This document shows positions 39,793 to 53,130 of a stretch of DNA of 64,000 nt, one piece after another. The notes under the pieces are model-generated. The model saw nothing but the letters and a program-made list of their open reading frames with translations. It was not told the DNA's origin and did not search any database. The DNA lies in contig MU008155.1 of assembly GCA_010909165.1 (NCBI GenBank), forward strand, positions 806,001-870,000. Reading direction: 5' to 3'. Source of the stretch: Anthoceros angustus. Its lineage: Eukaryota; Plantae; Anthocerotophyta. The position numbers and the translations under genes are program-made. How positions within the stretch are numbered: the first letter of the stretch is position 1; each line of letters starts with the position of its first letter.

Positions 39793-40749
39793 CACCTCGA
39801 TTGTGTGGAAACAGGCCAGCCCACAATCGTGTCCAGTTAGGTGTATGTTTCTACAGCATGTACATAGACGAACACGGACATGGTCTAAGTTGGAAAAAAT
39901 GGCCGGGTAAATATTTGGCAAACTCTGTTGAAGTTCGTCTCCGGAGATGCAGGATTAAACCTGGCCGATCGGGCCGATATTTGAGTTTTACAATTACCCG
40001 TCCTTCCTTCGATATAAGAGCTGTTAGGCAACACTCTTTCAGGTTTGGCTCCCTCTGCCTCCGGGGTAGCGATTTCTGATCGTGTTGCAACAAAATTGTG
40101 CCGGGCTCGGTCGCGGAAGCCTTTTCTGCAGGCTGTAACGGAGCTTCTCTCGCGGGCGTTGGTAGGGATGGCATTTTCCAGCAGGATGATGTAGTGGATG
40201 ACCGACGAGGGAGTTGATGGAAGGGAGCACTGGGCAGGCAGAAGCAGGTGATGCTGGCAGAGTGAGAGCGCTTGAAAGTGCGGGTGAGTGCACTGCTTGT
40301 GGTGTGGGGATGTGTGCTCCTCTGCTCTTGTGCTGTGCAGCCCTAAACGGTAGAGTGTGCAATGAGAGCTGGCGGTGAGATATTGTCATTCTGCCGGGAA
40401 ACTGTCGTCGGCGGGGGGAATCGGGGTTGGAGCCAGACCGTCAGAATTTCAACTTCTGCTTCGCGTCGCCGTCCCCGCCAGCTTCTTATGCTGCCGGCCC
40501 CTGTCTTGTATCGTGACAAGCTTCATGTGGTTGTGGGCAAGCAAGCGCAGAAAATCCGCACCCAGCTCACACGACAGGAGAGCTGGGCGGCAGGAGCAGG
40601 AGCTCCAGGGCAAGAATTCGAGCTCGCCGTTCCTGTCCTCGTTGCTCTCTTCCACACGCATTGTGATCAGGAAAGTTTCCTTATGATTCAAGAAATCTGC
40701 AACGGACGTACCTCTGCCGGCATTTTAAAAGGTTTGGTGGGCGAGAGGG

Positions 40750-43700
40750 ATGGGCACCGAGTATGATATGAACCAAAATGCTTTTGCGGTATCCCATGAG
40801 GATCAAGGAGCTGAGTCTCCGCCGGTGTGGGAGCCGCAGGAGTATAAGGGCTGGGCACACGAGAGCACAACAGAAAATCTTGGGACTTACTTGCCTGATT
40901 CCTATGCTCCTCCACCCGAGACGGCGCATTCTGAGCATCAAAGTAATCAAGAGCCGAGTACTGCTGGCCAGGATCAGCAATGGGCTAGTTACTACCCTGC
41001 TCCCACATCGCAACAGCAGGTACTGTGTCGATCTTTCTTTGCTGCCATAATTAGGTCTTCATTTCGTATCCTCGGTTGCATTTTTAAACCCTCGTTTGTG
41101 ACGTCGGTAACTCGTTGCCATGACCAATCTGACATTTTCAAATCATGTGCTGGTGGGAGCTTCCCAATAGCTGCTGTTAGTAGTTCCTAACAGGTTGGGA
41201 CACGAAAAACGTTCATAGGAATATTTAAATCAGAGTTGTCACCTTGTTAGGACACCTTGGGCACGGTGGTGTGTGCTCCCTCTCTGGAGGTCTTTGAATG
41301 TTTCTACATACCTCTGCTGCCAGATGACTTTCGTTTCTTGTGTGTCAGGAAGCTGGAATAAGCCAAGGTCAAGGAAGCTTTGCACCTCCACCACTTCCAA
41401 TGGCGCCCCCCCCTCAGCCACCTCCACCTCCAGATATTGTATCTGCTACCTCATGGAGCTCTTCAGGGCAGACTACAGGAGGAAGTGAGTTGAAGATGGA
41501 TCCCTCTGGGTATGCTACAGGTAGCTATTATTCGCAGGGACAGCAGCCTGTTCAAGATGGAAGCTATGCTCCACAAGATAGTCAAACAAATGTACCTGGC
41601 CCCACTGTTTCTGGGACTAGCACACCATCAGCAAATGGTTCTCACACTTACGGGCAGACATACTCTGGGTATGGAAGTACTGCTGACCCCTATGCCTATG
41701 GCGGTTCTGGATACCAAAATTATAACTATGGTTATCTACAGCAAGGTAACGATTCTTACTCTCAGAACACAGGGGCCTATCAAAATTCAGGTGCTCCTTA
41801 TCAGGCTGCTGTTAACTCCTTTCAAAACACAAGCTCATATGCAGACACAGCATCTTATCAGAACACAAGCACTTATTACAATAATGCTGGTGTCTATCAG
41901 AACACGGGAGCTTACACAGGCTACAGTGCTGTACCAAACACATGGAGTGATGGCAGCTTTGGAAACTATGGTGGTTACACAGGTTATACAGGTTATTCAG
42001 GACAAGACGGAACAGTAAATGCAACTGTCTCTCAACATCAATCGCAGTACCCCCAGGACTACCAGGCCCAGTGGGCTGAGTACTATGCAAGTTTGCAGAG
42101 CCAAAATACGGAGCCTAGTGGACCTCCTGGCACTGATTTGGCATTGCCCAACAGTGCAGTTACAACTCCTGCAGCGCCTACATATGCGAGTATTGTGGCT
42201 CATGGGGCTTCTGCCAACTTTTCTGTACCGTCCAGCCAGCCTCCACCTCCAGGCACCCAGCCTTCTTGGCCACAACCATACAGTGAAGCGCTTCCTGCTC
42301 AGGTGTGTCCTCTTTTCAAGTTGCATAATGTCTCAATATGACCTCCTGTGAGATCCTGAATCTTGTCAAAGAGTAAGAGCCTGTCTGGGATGGTCCTCTT
42401 TGGTGCTATTTTATGTCAGGCTTTTTCTTCCTAATTTGTGTTTTCACTCTCAGCGTTGATTTCAGTATTGTTGTGCATGTACTTACTAGTTCTTTGCTGT
42501 CGAATGCTCTCTCAAACAGGTCAGCTCACTGCAACCTGCGCAAAAGCCACTGCTAAACAGCTGGGAAGCTCCCTCAGTGCTAACGGCTGATCAACAGAGT
42601 TCGGCTCCCCAGCTTCAGACCCAGCTGCAGCCAGCTCCAGTCATCCAGCAGCAGCAGGCTCAGACTGTTGTCCAGTATCCGATCTCACATCCTCAACATT
42701 CTGTACAATATCCACAGCAGCAACAGTCTCAGCAACAGCAGCAGCAACCAACGCATTACCAGCAGTCTGTGCAGGCAGTGACATCCCAGTACCAGCAAGC
42801 ACAGCTGCAGCAGCAGGCTCGTTACATGCAGTCCCAGCCGCAGAATCAGTCCCACCTGACGGGACAGCAGGAACGTCAGCAGGCTTCTCCAGGTTTCCAT
42901 TCACAAGCTCAAGATATGACAAGCTCAGAATCTGGTCTCTGGAGACCTGGGAAAGTTCAAGTTTCCAGTAACTCCAGGATAACACAGAATGTTGGAGCTC
43001 TGAGTGGCACAAGCAAAGTTCTATCAGCAGATGTCTCCAAACCGGCATATATCAGCATCGGGAAACCATCAAGGATGTCATCAGATGATGTTGCAGATGC
43101 CACTCTTCAGGTATTGATCAGTCAAAACCTGACGAGTGTGTGACGTACCTGAAATTGCCACCATTTTGCCTGAAGTCTGGTCCGTGTTACTCTTTCAATC
43201 CGCTTTGTGATCTTATGTACGTCCATGTGGAAACTGGCAGCCTGGGATGTTCCCCCCTTCTCTCCGTGCCTATGTGGAAAGAGCGTTGTCTCGGTGCAGA
43301 GATGATGCACAAAAGGCAGCCTGTCAGGAGATCATGAAAGAGGTAAGCTGTTTGATTTCCCCATCCTCCGTGCTCAGTCAAAAGGAGTGCTACTCTTCAG
43401 TTTGTCCCATGTGGTTCGTCTTCTGGCTTAATGTTGTTACAAGAGTCATGTGTCTTCCAGTGGCTGCTGCTTGATGGATTTGTGGCTTCACTGTGCTTGA
43501 ATATGCTTGCATTGGGAATATATACATGTATGTATTGATGCCAGACACTGTGGGATCTCGAGCGGCGTGAGGTTACATTCCATTCAGGCAAACTTTGAGA
43601 CTATCTTTCCACAGATGATTACAGAGGCGTCACGTGATGGATCTCTCTTCACAAAGGATTGGGACACAGAACCGTTGTTCTCTCTGCCTGAGGTGGTGGC

Positions 43701-45962
43701 TGGCGGGAAAGGGTATCAAATACACGCTGCTATCTGTAGTGGCTTTCACCTTGCTCACAAGTTGTCCCTTTTTTTTTTGCCTCTTATGGGAGTGCTTAAA
43801 TTGCAGGAGCATCCAGCGCCCTAGTGCGACTCCAGTTATTATGAAGCTGGAACGTAGTCCAAACAGACGAGTCAGAAGTAGATGGGAGCCTGTTGCAGAA
43901 GAGGTAGAGGATGAGGACAAGTATGGTCGGCTGCAAGGTCGCGATGGCAAGAAAGAAGGCATCCGAGATAGGGCCAATGATCGAGAGAATTCTGTATGGT
44001 TTTTCAATGCTCCAATGTCGAAGTGCTTTCCAATGTCAACCATGTCAGATCCCTGTTGAGAGCATTTATTATGGTCTGAAACTGTCATGCAGATCTCGCC
44101 AAGTAAGAGGGAAATGTCGTGGATCAAAGCTAAGCCTTCACAACAGCAGACTCCAGGGCAATTGGGTAAGCAGAGACCCCAGAAAGGGGTGAAACGGGTG
44201 CGAAGAACTGTTGCACTTAACTATAATGGTGCGACAAACAGTGAAAGTGAAAGTGAGGAAGAGGAGGACACAGGCGGGATTCATCTGGGATCTGCTGTCT
44301 CAGCAGAGACTCCAGAAGAGAAGAAACGTAGACAAAGTCGAACAAAACGGTTTGACAGAAGCAAGGAGCTCAGTGTAGGAGCGAAGGGTTTGGTGAAGGC
44401 GAAAGGAGTGTCTGGAGGCAGTGCAACTGCAAGAAGGGCAACTGCGTTGCAGTTGGCTATGAGTGCTGGTGATGGTAATGGACGGGCTGTTGAGGACATT
44501 GATTGGGATGCACTCACAGTGAAGGGTACCTGCCAGGAGATTGAGAAGCGGTACTTGCGGCTGACATCTGCTCCTGACCCTAGCACGGTGAGCCCTTCCT
44601 CCTTTCGAAAAGTAAAGACGTGAATGACTCAGGTCTCTTAATGTTCTGCTTCTTTGTGTCGCAAGCAAATGATACCGAGGATGCTTAGCTCCACAATTGC
44701 CATTACAGCTTTGTGCTCAAACATGTATGGGGTTGTCGACAGGTGAGACCGGAGGATGTCTTGAGGAAGGCTCTGGCGATGGTCCAAAGTACATCCAAGA
44801 GTTATCTATATAAATGCGAGCAGCTGAAATCCATTCGGCAGGATCTCACCGTACAGAGGATTCGTGATGAGCTCACTGTGGAGGTGAAATTCCATTGCCA
44901 TGGTTGTGAACTCCTTTCTTGGGACAGAATGTCAGGGCCATTGATTGTGAGGGCTACTGGTTGGATGCGCTCTAGGTGTACGAGACTCACGGACGAATGG
45001 CTCTGGAGGCAGGAGATTTACCGGAGTACAATCAGGTTTGTTGGTGAGCTTGTGAAGCTCTATCTCCTGTATTACTCACGACGGCATCTCAATTATGTGT
45101 TTTTCGGACTGGAGTGCAGTGCCTGAGTCGGTTAAAGGAGTTGTATGGCGAAGGTATCAAGGGTTGCAGTAGTGAGTTTGCTGCCTACAGTCTGCTCTAC
45201 ATTATCTTCCAGCGAGGAAATAGCCGAGAACTACTATCCTCAATGGCAAGGTAAGGTGCTTTAATGACATGGCTTGGGACCAGTGGCTTGTGCATGCTTT
45301 GCTGACAGTTGTAAGATGTACAGGCTATCAATTGATGCCAAGAAAGATGAAGCAGTACAGCATGCCCTGGCTGTGCGTGAAGCTGTTGCAATCGGCAACT
45401 ACCACGCTTTTTTCCGCTTATACAGAACAGCTCCAAACTTAAACCCCTGCTTAATGGGTATGTTGGAAGACCTAGCCATACAACTGTCCGTATTTCTATC
45501 CGAGCATCTGATACGGCCATGTCCTAACTCCGTTTCCACGATGCAGACCTGCACGTCGAGAAGATGAGGTTTGAGGCGCTAAGATGCATGTCAAGGGCCT
45601 ATAGACCGTCAGTGTCTGTTCTATTTATTGCCAGAGCGTTAGGATTCTCAACCAGCACAGAAGGTGAAGAAAGGGAAGTCGAAGGAATGGAGGAATGCGA
45701 AGAGTGGCTGAGAGCCCATGGCGCTCAGCTCATTGTGGAGAGTCCGTCTGGCGAGTTGGTGATGGATGCCAAGGTAATGGAAGGCTCTGATTGGACTCCA
45801 GACTACACTGGGTTTGTGTACCTGCAGGCAGATAGCTGATGTCCTATCGCCTTCTTGGTTGTACAGGCTAGTTCCACAAGTCTGTTCATGCCGGAGCCGG
45901 AAGATGTGGTCCCCCATGGAGATGCAAACCTGGCTCTGAATGATTTTTTTGCACGCACGTAA
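40750..45962 (+). CDS. SAC3A: SAC3/GANP-family protein A (LENG8-like), multi-exon
   Basis: Long Y/Q/G/P-rich N-terminus, [86 protein letters not shown] and the end [18 protein letters not shown]...FART*. Confidence 0.9.
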
Positions 45963-48900
45963 TAGTAAAAAGGCAGCCTCGGTCCCCCCTCACCCATGCT
46001 TTCCTCCTCCCCCGGCTCCAGCCATGATAATTGCGGGAGCCAGCATCCAAATAGTGGTAGCACAGAGGCTGTACTAAATTGTCAGCGGTAGTGCGCCAGG
46101 AGCCAGGCTCTCGCGACCTTTGTACAACAGGAATGTCAGGATCTTGCCAGCAGGCGGTAGGCGCGTCTTTGTAGCCGAGTTCGCAACGGGATGGAAGCTT
46201 GCGGCGGTTCCGTTTGCAGCAGTTTTTGGCATGCAAGGAGGAGTAGATCGTAACACGAGCGAAAGCGTGAGTCGGTTGCTGCTCCCCTTCGCTTGCTTCT
46301 GGAAACACAGTTTGCTTAGTTCTGCAAGCCTGGGCCAGGCTGCCTGGCCACAAGGTCTGGTGTCTCGTCCACTCAGTGCCAACCGCCGCAGCCGGCAGAT
46401 GGCAGCCGTTACCCCCTCCTGGGCTCTTGGTGGATGTAAAGTATGCATATGCAGACATCATATGTAGCTGCAACATGTCCCCGGGTCCCCTGCATCCGCC
46501 TGCGGCTGCAAATGGCATGCCGCGGTTGATGGCACCATATTTAAAAAGCAATGAGCAGCTGGAATCCAGGGCTCTGCACAGCTACTTTAAGGCATTGGCA
46601 GGATGCGCGGAAGGGGATGAATGTGCTTTTGGCAGATTCAGATTTTTGAATTTCTGTCACGGCAAGCCTCCAGGCAACCCGACCCAGGCTCCAGCACACA
46701 TACCAGCACGCCGAGCCCGGGGACACCACTTTGAGCAACAGCTCCTTTCGTCTTGGTCCCTTTAGGGTGTGATAATAGAAGTCCTGACGTCTCCTTTAAC
46801 CATCGTTCTTTTCTATGTAGATGCTACCGGTGCGCATACTCATGCAATTCTTGTGAACAAGGGAACTGGAGGTTCAGGGAGGCAGGCAGTGTGGCTCCTG
46901 TAACATCGATTGGGCGGCCACTCCCAACGACGTCGAGCTCCAAAATGAGAAAATCAAGGCTTCACCAAAGGCGGGAACGTGCTCAAGGATGTCTTCGAGG
47001 CCGTTGGCAAGCTTTTGTCTTATGACCGCTACAGTTAAGCTTGCAAGAAAGCCGGATGTGAAGTTGTCGAACTCGTACCACGTTTCAGGATCTGTCTCAG
47101 AGCTCTGGTTTTGACATTTGGAGATGCTCTGAGGGGATGTTAGAGGATTTCCGGGGTCACTGAATGTTACTTATTAGCAGGGATGAAAGCGGAGAAGAGG
47201 AGGAGTGGCAGACACACTGGCGAGAAGCCTGTCGGTTCAGATGATCACGTTTTGCAAATCACCGCCAATATTTCACTGCCGTTGTGGAGTGCATTACATA
47301 TGATATGACCTTATGACCGTAAAAGAGGAGGAGATGCTCTGAGGAAAAGGTTGATCAACCGCTGAGCAATGTCTGGCTGTTGTGTCACCCGCTTGCTTTC
47401 TGGTTGGATCCACTGCTGGACTCACTTACCTGTGTCGTTGTCGACAAAGCCATGCACAAGCGCGTGCCTGGATAGAATCGGAATTAGAGTTGCAGTCTGA
47501 TGAACTGTTCTGTTTTGATCTGTGGCAGGCATTTGTCTTGGCCGGTGGGGGAGAAGGCGAAAGCCAAAAGCAGTCGATATTGAGAACAGGAAACCTCGTT
47601 CTCACTAAAAACACCTCTTAACTCGAGTCTACCTAGTCGGGGAGAGAGGGTTTGATTTAGAGCAAAATAGGTAGTACATATCCAGACGGCCACGGCCTGA
47701 TGACCAGAGTCGGTTGCCTGCTTCCTTTCCTTTGCTTTCCTTTCCTTCTTCTCGTGTCAGTGACTTGCCTTGAGTGGTCGGGCGAGTGTCAGAGTTCCGC
47801 AAACCTGGCCGCCTACCTGGTCGAGGACTCCACACTCCAGTGCCTCGTCCACTGAGCGTCAACCGCCGAAGGCGGGCAGTTGGTAGCCGTTTCCTCTCGG
47901 CTACCACTTTTGCCTCCGCCCCTCGGCACACGCTTTCATTACTCGGCCTCATGGGTGCATGTGGTATCAGCATGACCCATTACATGCGCCTGGGGCCGCC
48001 GACGAGATGCCCGGCTGATGGGGACCGCATTACCGAGATCCGGCAGGATTTGGAGGGGCCTCTCATCTCAAACAACCCACCGCACCCCGCTAGTGGAGGC
48101 CGGTGGGGGGTGGAACGGCAGACCAGCCCAGCCCACGACACGCCAAGCCGTCCCCCTCTGTCCCGCTCCGCTCCGCTCCCCCCCGTCCCGTCCCGTCCCG
48201 TTTCTGTCCCGACGTCATCTTCGGGGCCACCAGTTTGTTACCACTCCGGCACCAGCACGTTGTTGTTCGGGGATTGGAAATTGGAATCCATCCTTGCTTA
48301 AACCTCCAAGTTTGCTTTTCCCGCGTTGGGAACTCGAATTGACGCCGCTTTCATAACTCCGATTGACGCCGGAAGCAGAGAGCAAGGCTCCCGAGGAGTA
48401 CCATTGCACCATACGTCTCTGCTGGGCTCCATGTGTAGCAAGGCTGAAGGCGATTGGTACGTGCCCTCTCCACTTTGGTCCTTGTGGGTCATCCGGGAGC
48501 CACGTCTCCCACCTTTGCCTGCCTGCCACTTTCGATGTTTCGTGATGGCCACAGTTTCCAGTTGCCGCGGACCGATGAGACACATACTTGTCGCCCCGGC
48601 CCCCTCCAGTCCTGTGGACGGTGGTGGGTGCCCCCCAAGTTGCGACGCGCGACTCGCGCGTGATTTGTGAATCGCGAGATGAGACTGTCTTTTTCCTTCG
48701 ACTGTCCCACTCGTACATGTAAACCCTAATTCCAGGCGCCCTTTACAAGAGAGAAATTCCAGGCATCCCGCGTAAATTTATCACTGGCAGCCACGAGGGT
48801 TGCAACCCGACATAGCTCAAATCTCGCCAGGAGGCCGATCGGTTTCAAGGGAGAGTCGGGACAAATGGTGACTGCCAACGGTGTTGTGCGGCGGTGGGGA

Positions 48901-51900
48901 CTGTGGTGTGACTGGCTGGCTAGCTCCCTTCACTTCCCTTCGTTTCTTGGAGTCGTCACATCCTCGCTTTGACGCTGTGACACAGAATCGCGTGCTGAAG
49001 TCGCTTAGTCATCCATCAATCAAGCAATCAAAGACCAGAATCAGCTTAGCTTACAAATTCCACTTGATGCAAGCAAGGGAGCCGAAGGTAGCAAGCAACC
49101 TTGACAAGAGACATTTGTACCATCTTACTCCACTGCCGTCTCTCTCAACATCTTTCATGCTAATGCTGTGCGGGTAGATTCATTCCAACTCCATTTCCAT
49201 TGCCATTTCATTCCGACGCCCGAGGCCAACTCTAGCGAATGCTTCCACCGAAACGCTTCCTTCCCTTCCCCCGCTTCGTACATGATCAACGCTGACATCA
49301 CGCACCCTGCATCCTGCAGCGGATCAGGCAAGTTGGAAGCAGGGCCTGGCAGTCTCCAGCAGCCATGACATTCAATAAAAAACAAAAGGAAAACGATTCC
49401 GGGGGCGGGCTGCCCCACCTGCAGCGGGCACCGCTGCGGAGGGCGTAGCCAGAGCCGCGCTCATTGGCCGGGAAGGGTCACAACCGAAAGCAGTCCGCAA
49501 GCCGGAGTCCAGCCAGCCAGAGCTCGGTGATCAAGGATCCAACCAGGATCGGAGCTCTGGCCGACAGCAGAGTCTGGGAGACCCGCGGGCCACTGTACCA
49601 CCAAGGCCCAGGCTGGCTGGCGATCAGATAATAAACAAAGACCGCTCCGAGTCGAGCTCGGTCCGGACAGCCCCGATATTCGTCTTTGCATCATCCCAAC
49701 GCAACCACCTCGCGGCAGGCCGCACAGCAGCAGCGGCATCACAGCAGATAGATAGATACCTCCACAAACACACACACAAACACACACCATACCAGCGTAC
49801 ATCCCTCCACAACTTTACAAAAACATATCTGCCAGATCTGCCTCCCTCCAATTCCTCCAATTCACAAACATATCTTGCTCTAATCGGGCCCTGCACGGCA
49901 CGGCCCGGTCCCGGCCCCGGCCCCGGCCCCCCCGTCCGGATGCCACTTTCACGCGGTTTGCTTGGCCCACGGTAGAGAGCGAGAGCGAGTCAAGTGAAAA
50001 AAGGCAGCGCGGTGGAGTGTGCAGGTGTGCCCGCTCCTTGCCCACATCTTTGCACGGCTGCCATGGCCGGTGCGGTCACCTCGTCCTCCTCCGTGAGACG
50101 CACCGAGACGCGACTCCCTCCGGAACCAGCTGCGTCGCATCCCCACCGCCCCAGACGCGGTACGACGCGGGGCCCCATCCTTTTTTCCAGCGGGGCCACG
50201 CCCAGGCCACTCCCAGGCGCGCAGCAGGCAGCCAGCAAGCCCGTCCTTCCTCCTCCTCTCGCCCCCGGGCATCGGGCGCCACGGTAACTCCATTTTCACA
50301 CCTCTTTCCCCCTGGGGTTCGGGTGCGGCGGTAAAGACGCCACTCACGGAACGGAACGGAACGGAGCGCGCCAAATGCGCACGGGGTTAGCGGGCCACGT
50401 GACCTCGTGATCGCCATCATGATACATTCCATTTCATCCAACCCTTCCACAATCCTGTGTCGGAGCGGCATCCTTGGCGCCGGAATCCTTTGTCCACATC
50501 CCCTTCTAGTGCGGCACAGAAGAAGAAGAAACAACAAGTTTATCCTACTCCTGACTCCGAGTCCTGCGTGTACAGCAGTATATCACATGTAGGTGAGTAC
50601 CTACACATTTAGGGCAGGCCAAGAGACGCGACTCCAACTCGACTCCGACTCGACTCCACCTTCCCCTTATCCCTTCCCCAACAACCTGATAGACGGCATA
50701 GCGCGGCCACGCGCGCTCGCATCACTCGCCTGTGACCCGCCACACCCTCGAGGGCCGCGCCTGGCGCTTGGTTTCCACCCGATCCCGCCTTCGGGATCGG
50801 CGAGTCGAGGCCATCCCGTAGGCGGCAGCCGCGTACCCTAACTCCGGCTTCGTCGGGGGCAACGGAACGCGGAACTCGCAGGGGACTCCGAGCGCGCATA
50901 TTCCTTCCGCTCCACATCAAACTCCTACACTTGACCATGTATACGGCCATGGCGGGCCTGGCTGTTGCGCTGCCCGCGCATTTGTCTCGCATTCGTGCCG
51001 TGCGGCGGGGGCCGTGGCAAGGGAACCAGGCGCTGCCGCCTGCAGCTCGCTGCGCGTGGGACAAGTGTGATTTGCGAAGCACGTAGCTTATCGGCGCCGC
51101 AGTGCGCCCGCGTCCGCCTCCAATGGAGCTTTGCCATCTGCTGAGCCTCTAAGTCACTCCAGCCCCACGCAATGCCGGTGCCAAGTGTACTCGCTTCTTC
51201 TCTACACCTGTGAACTCTCTGCCGCACTTCGACTTCCACTCCCCGTCCAATCGCTTCCGCACTCTGGGTGACGAGGTCCAGTCTGTGGCGTGCTGTGCAC
51301 ATAAGGGCCCCACTCGGATGTGTAATACCTGCTCTCTTCAACCTGTACGTACCCTGGGCTGGCAGGTTCAAACTTCCATGTCTTCTGCGACACCACACAT
51401 ACGAATCTCCTGGATCCCCTAGTATTCATTGTACGTCCGATACAGCCAGGTACATAATGTGTATGAAATTCTACACCACAACAAAAACTATTCAATATTA
51501 CTGGGTAGAAAAAAAAGGATAGTACATATCCTATAAATTCTATGGAAGGACGATCACGGGATGGATCAACTGAAACTTGTGTAAGTAGAAAGCATCTCCA
51601 ACAATGTTGGGATGCTGATGTACACTCCTTCCTCTATCACATTTTCCAAGAATCACATAAGAATTGATACCATGATTGTCCAGGTTGTTTGTCTACGTCA
51701 ATTATATACCACAAGCATGTCACAAATATAAACCACCTGTAAAGATGGAAGCATTTTTGGAAAAAGAGAATAGGATATACCATGTGCTAACTGTGAAGAG
51801 AGACTCTGGATTTAGTCCATGGGCTTTGATAACGGTGTATAAGAAGGAAGATACTGATGGGCAGGAAGATAGCCATGTAGATTGAAATGGCTGACCATCC

Positions 51901-52836
51901 TGTTAGAGGTGGTTGTTTATATTTCTCTCTTTCAATGTTGCCCTAGTTGTGTGGTAAGTTTATGGTTATTGCTCCCAATTTCGTGTACCTATTTTTATAT
52001 ATGTAATTAAAATTTGTAAAACTTACTATTGAAGTAGACTCATGCACATGTTGCATGGTTACTCTCTCTTCTCATGAATTGTAAAATAACAATGAGAGAC
52101 CCGCGAGTCCAACTTGAAATGGTCAAAAGCAAAACAATTTAGATCCATTTCATGTCGGTTGTAAGGATACATGTCCTAAAAGCGGTGAATGATTTTTTGT
52201 GGTCTTCGTCCACATTGTCTTATGGTAGATGAGATTATGTTTGTATACTGAACAAAGTTGAAACGGAATTAGATAGAAATGACGAAAATAAAGTATCTTA
52301 GTTTAGTTATTGACGAAAGTAAGGTAATCTGGTTATGGATAACTACATCGGTGACATGAAGATGCTGTTTTGTTTGTGAAGCATTAAAATAAGCCATAGA
52401 ATGTTGAAGAAAGGCCAAACCCTTTAGAAGAAGAATCTCAACTTCAATAATTTATCATTAGCATCACTCGTTCAATGTGTATAGATGGTATAAACCCATA
52501 TACTATACGACTCTCTATTGGAGAGCCTGAAGGTCACAATGAGGTGAAGAACTTTGCTCACTTTTTAAAGTCCCTATTGCTTCTATGATATAATAATTAG
52601 AAGGTGAAAGTTCCTACATACACTTGTGCTTGTTGATGAAGAGTTCATGAGCCCAGAGTTGTTGATGAGATAATGCATGCTCTTCTTATGGTTCGGAATA
52701 TCGTGCCTGCTCAAATTCATCGCCCGCGCAGTGGACATGCGTTACCAAACCAAGGCTCTAAAATGATAGCCAATGATAACCATGCTCGACCCATAACATG
52801 TGTTACGTAAGCAAAGGGTTTGATAGATTAATCAAA

Positions 52837-53130
52837 GTGTTTTTGTATGTGGTGTAGAACACATAACTATCATGTTTTGCCAAGTGATATCAATGGAAGA
52901 GAAAGGGAATGAAGGGAAGGAACTACTACCATGGCTCTACCATTAAAACACATGCCTAATAAGAAGATAATGTGTTTTGGTATGTGGTGTGGAACACATA
53001 ACTATCATGTTTTGCCAAGTGGATCGAAGAGGAAGACAATGAAGGGAAGGAACTACAACCATGACTCTACCAGTCATTACATCCCTAAGAGGAAGACATT
53101 GATGAGAAGGAACTACCACGATGGCTCTAT
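52837..53130. repeat. Degenerate tandem repeat, about 134-nt period (2 full copies plus a partial)
   Basis: gtatgtggtgt(a/g)gaacacataactatcatgttttgccaagtg...gaagggaaggaactac..ccatg.ctctacc at about 52837 and 52971; partial third copy near 53090. Confidence 0.85.

Noticed and set aside
40999-41008. Perfect snRNA USE motif TCCCACATCG
   Set aside because: It lies inside the SAC3A coding exon (PAPTSQ), with no TATA or snRNA sequence downstream.
45886-47620. Overlapping 100-220-aa ORFs downstream of SAC3A
   Set aside because: No domain similarity or consistent codon/splice pattern. Long spurious ORFs are expected at this GC content.
48900-49200. Partial resemblance to a MIR319/159 precursor (AGCTCCCTTCA)
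   Set aside because: No complementary mature miR319 arm (TTGGACTGAAGGGAGCT) was found nearby on either strand.
49570-49600. Resemblance to the RNase MRP P4 motif (GGAAAGTCCCCGGGCC)
   Set aside because: Several core mismatches, and no downstream GGGGCTTAC partner strand was found.
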